From: Gemmatimonadota bacterium
GTDB lineage: Bacteria > Gemmatimonadota > Gemmatimonadetes > Longimicrobiales > Gaopeijiaceae
Direction: 5' to 3'
Assembly: GCA_050049805.1 (NCBI GenBank)
Contig: JASFVN010000001.1
Location: 11,059-75,058, forward strand
Length of the DNA stretch: 64,000 nucleotides
This document shows positions 63,728 through 64,000 of the stretch, in pieces (the stretch's first letter is position 1; every line of letters begins with the position of its first letter). A model generated the notes under the pieces. It was not told the DNA's origin. It did not search any database and saw only the letters and a list, made by a program, of their open reading frames with translations. Both the position numbers and the translations under genes were made by a program.

Positions 63728-64000
63728 TACCCGCCTGAGTTGAGGATTTCCAGGACTCCGGTAGGGTCGGTGCCGAGCCGGTCGGCCACGTCCCGGAACC
63801 GGTCATTCCCCTCGATCCCGGGGTCCTGGACCCTGAGGATGCCAAGGATCTCCTCGAGCCCATAACCGAAGTCTTCGGCATAAGCCCGAAACGTCAGGCG
63901 GCCCAGCCCGGCGGCGGGATGCTGGAAGCGATCATCTGAACCCGCCTCCGCTGTATGGTCTTCCGCAGAACCCTCTCCTGCACCCCGCCCGACGCCGGAG
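63728..64000 (-). CDS. hypothetical protein, C-terminal fragment (start lies beyond the window end)
   Basis: The minus-strand frame is open from the window edge to TAA at 63730-63728. Translation: ...DDRFQHPAAGLGRLTFRAYAEDFGYGLEEILGILRVQDPGIEGNDRFRDVADRLGTDPTGVLEILNSGG. Not in the ORF track because it has no start in the window. Confidence 0.4.

Noticed and set aside
1-64000. Mobile elements, prophage, defence systems, rRNA/tRNA genes
   Set aside because: - No integrase, transposase, restriction, toxin-antitoxin or cas signatures appear in any frame.
- No terminal inverted repeats were seen.
- No tRNA-like cloverleaf (GGTTCGAATCC-type T-arm) was seen in the intergenic regions.
- A tRNAscan or Rfam run would be needed for certainty.

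Overview
This is a GC-rich bacterial chromosomal segment (GC judged by eye, not computed). It is densely coding, with about 55 protein genes, many of them joined by 1-8 nt start/stop overlaps. I saw no rRNA, tRNA, CRISPR array, transposase, integrase or phage genes.

Gene content:
- **Housekeeping:** a contiguous six-gene heme-precursor operon in the order hemA-hemC-hemD-hemB-hemL-hemE, plus glyQS, pckA, nth, a guanine-deaminase-like gene and an NfuA-like Fe-S carrier.
- **Efflux:** a YbhGFSR-like operon (TetR, TolC, HlyD, two ABC ATPase genes, two ABC-2 permeases) followed by a PadR gene.
- **Secreted peptidases:** an unusual density of them: one M6, two M14, two S9, one tricorn-like S41 and one minimal zincin. 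A serpin, an NSS amino-acid transporter and a tryptophanase-family lyase accompany them.
- **Co-directional cluster:** ECF sigma, anti-sigma, TonB-dependent receptor, serpin, putative outer-membrane protein, S9 peptidase, MBL hydrolase.

Observations most worth follow-up:
1. A monocistronic PEP-CTERM protein whose passenger domain carries Cys and Gln motifs resembling internal-thioester (TED/TQXA) adhesin domains. It sits behind a good sigma-54 -24/-12 promoter match.
2. The serpin-containing ECF cluster.
3. A secreted protein of roughly 10 percent methionine, translationally coupled to an orphan response regulator.
4. A 5'-nucleotidase split into two genes in swapped domain order, with different export signals.
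5. A lipoprotein ending in a pilin-like, disulfide-looped domain.

The gene content (peptidases, CarboxypepD_reg-type TonB receptors, PEP-CTERM) fits a Gemmatimonadota-like or related environmental diderm. That taxonomic placement is only an inference. All family assignments come from motif recognition by eye, and no database search was possible.
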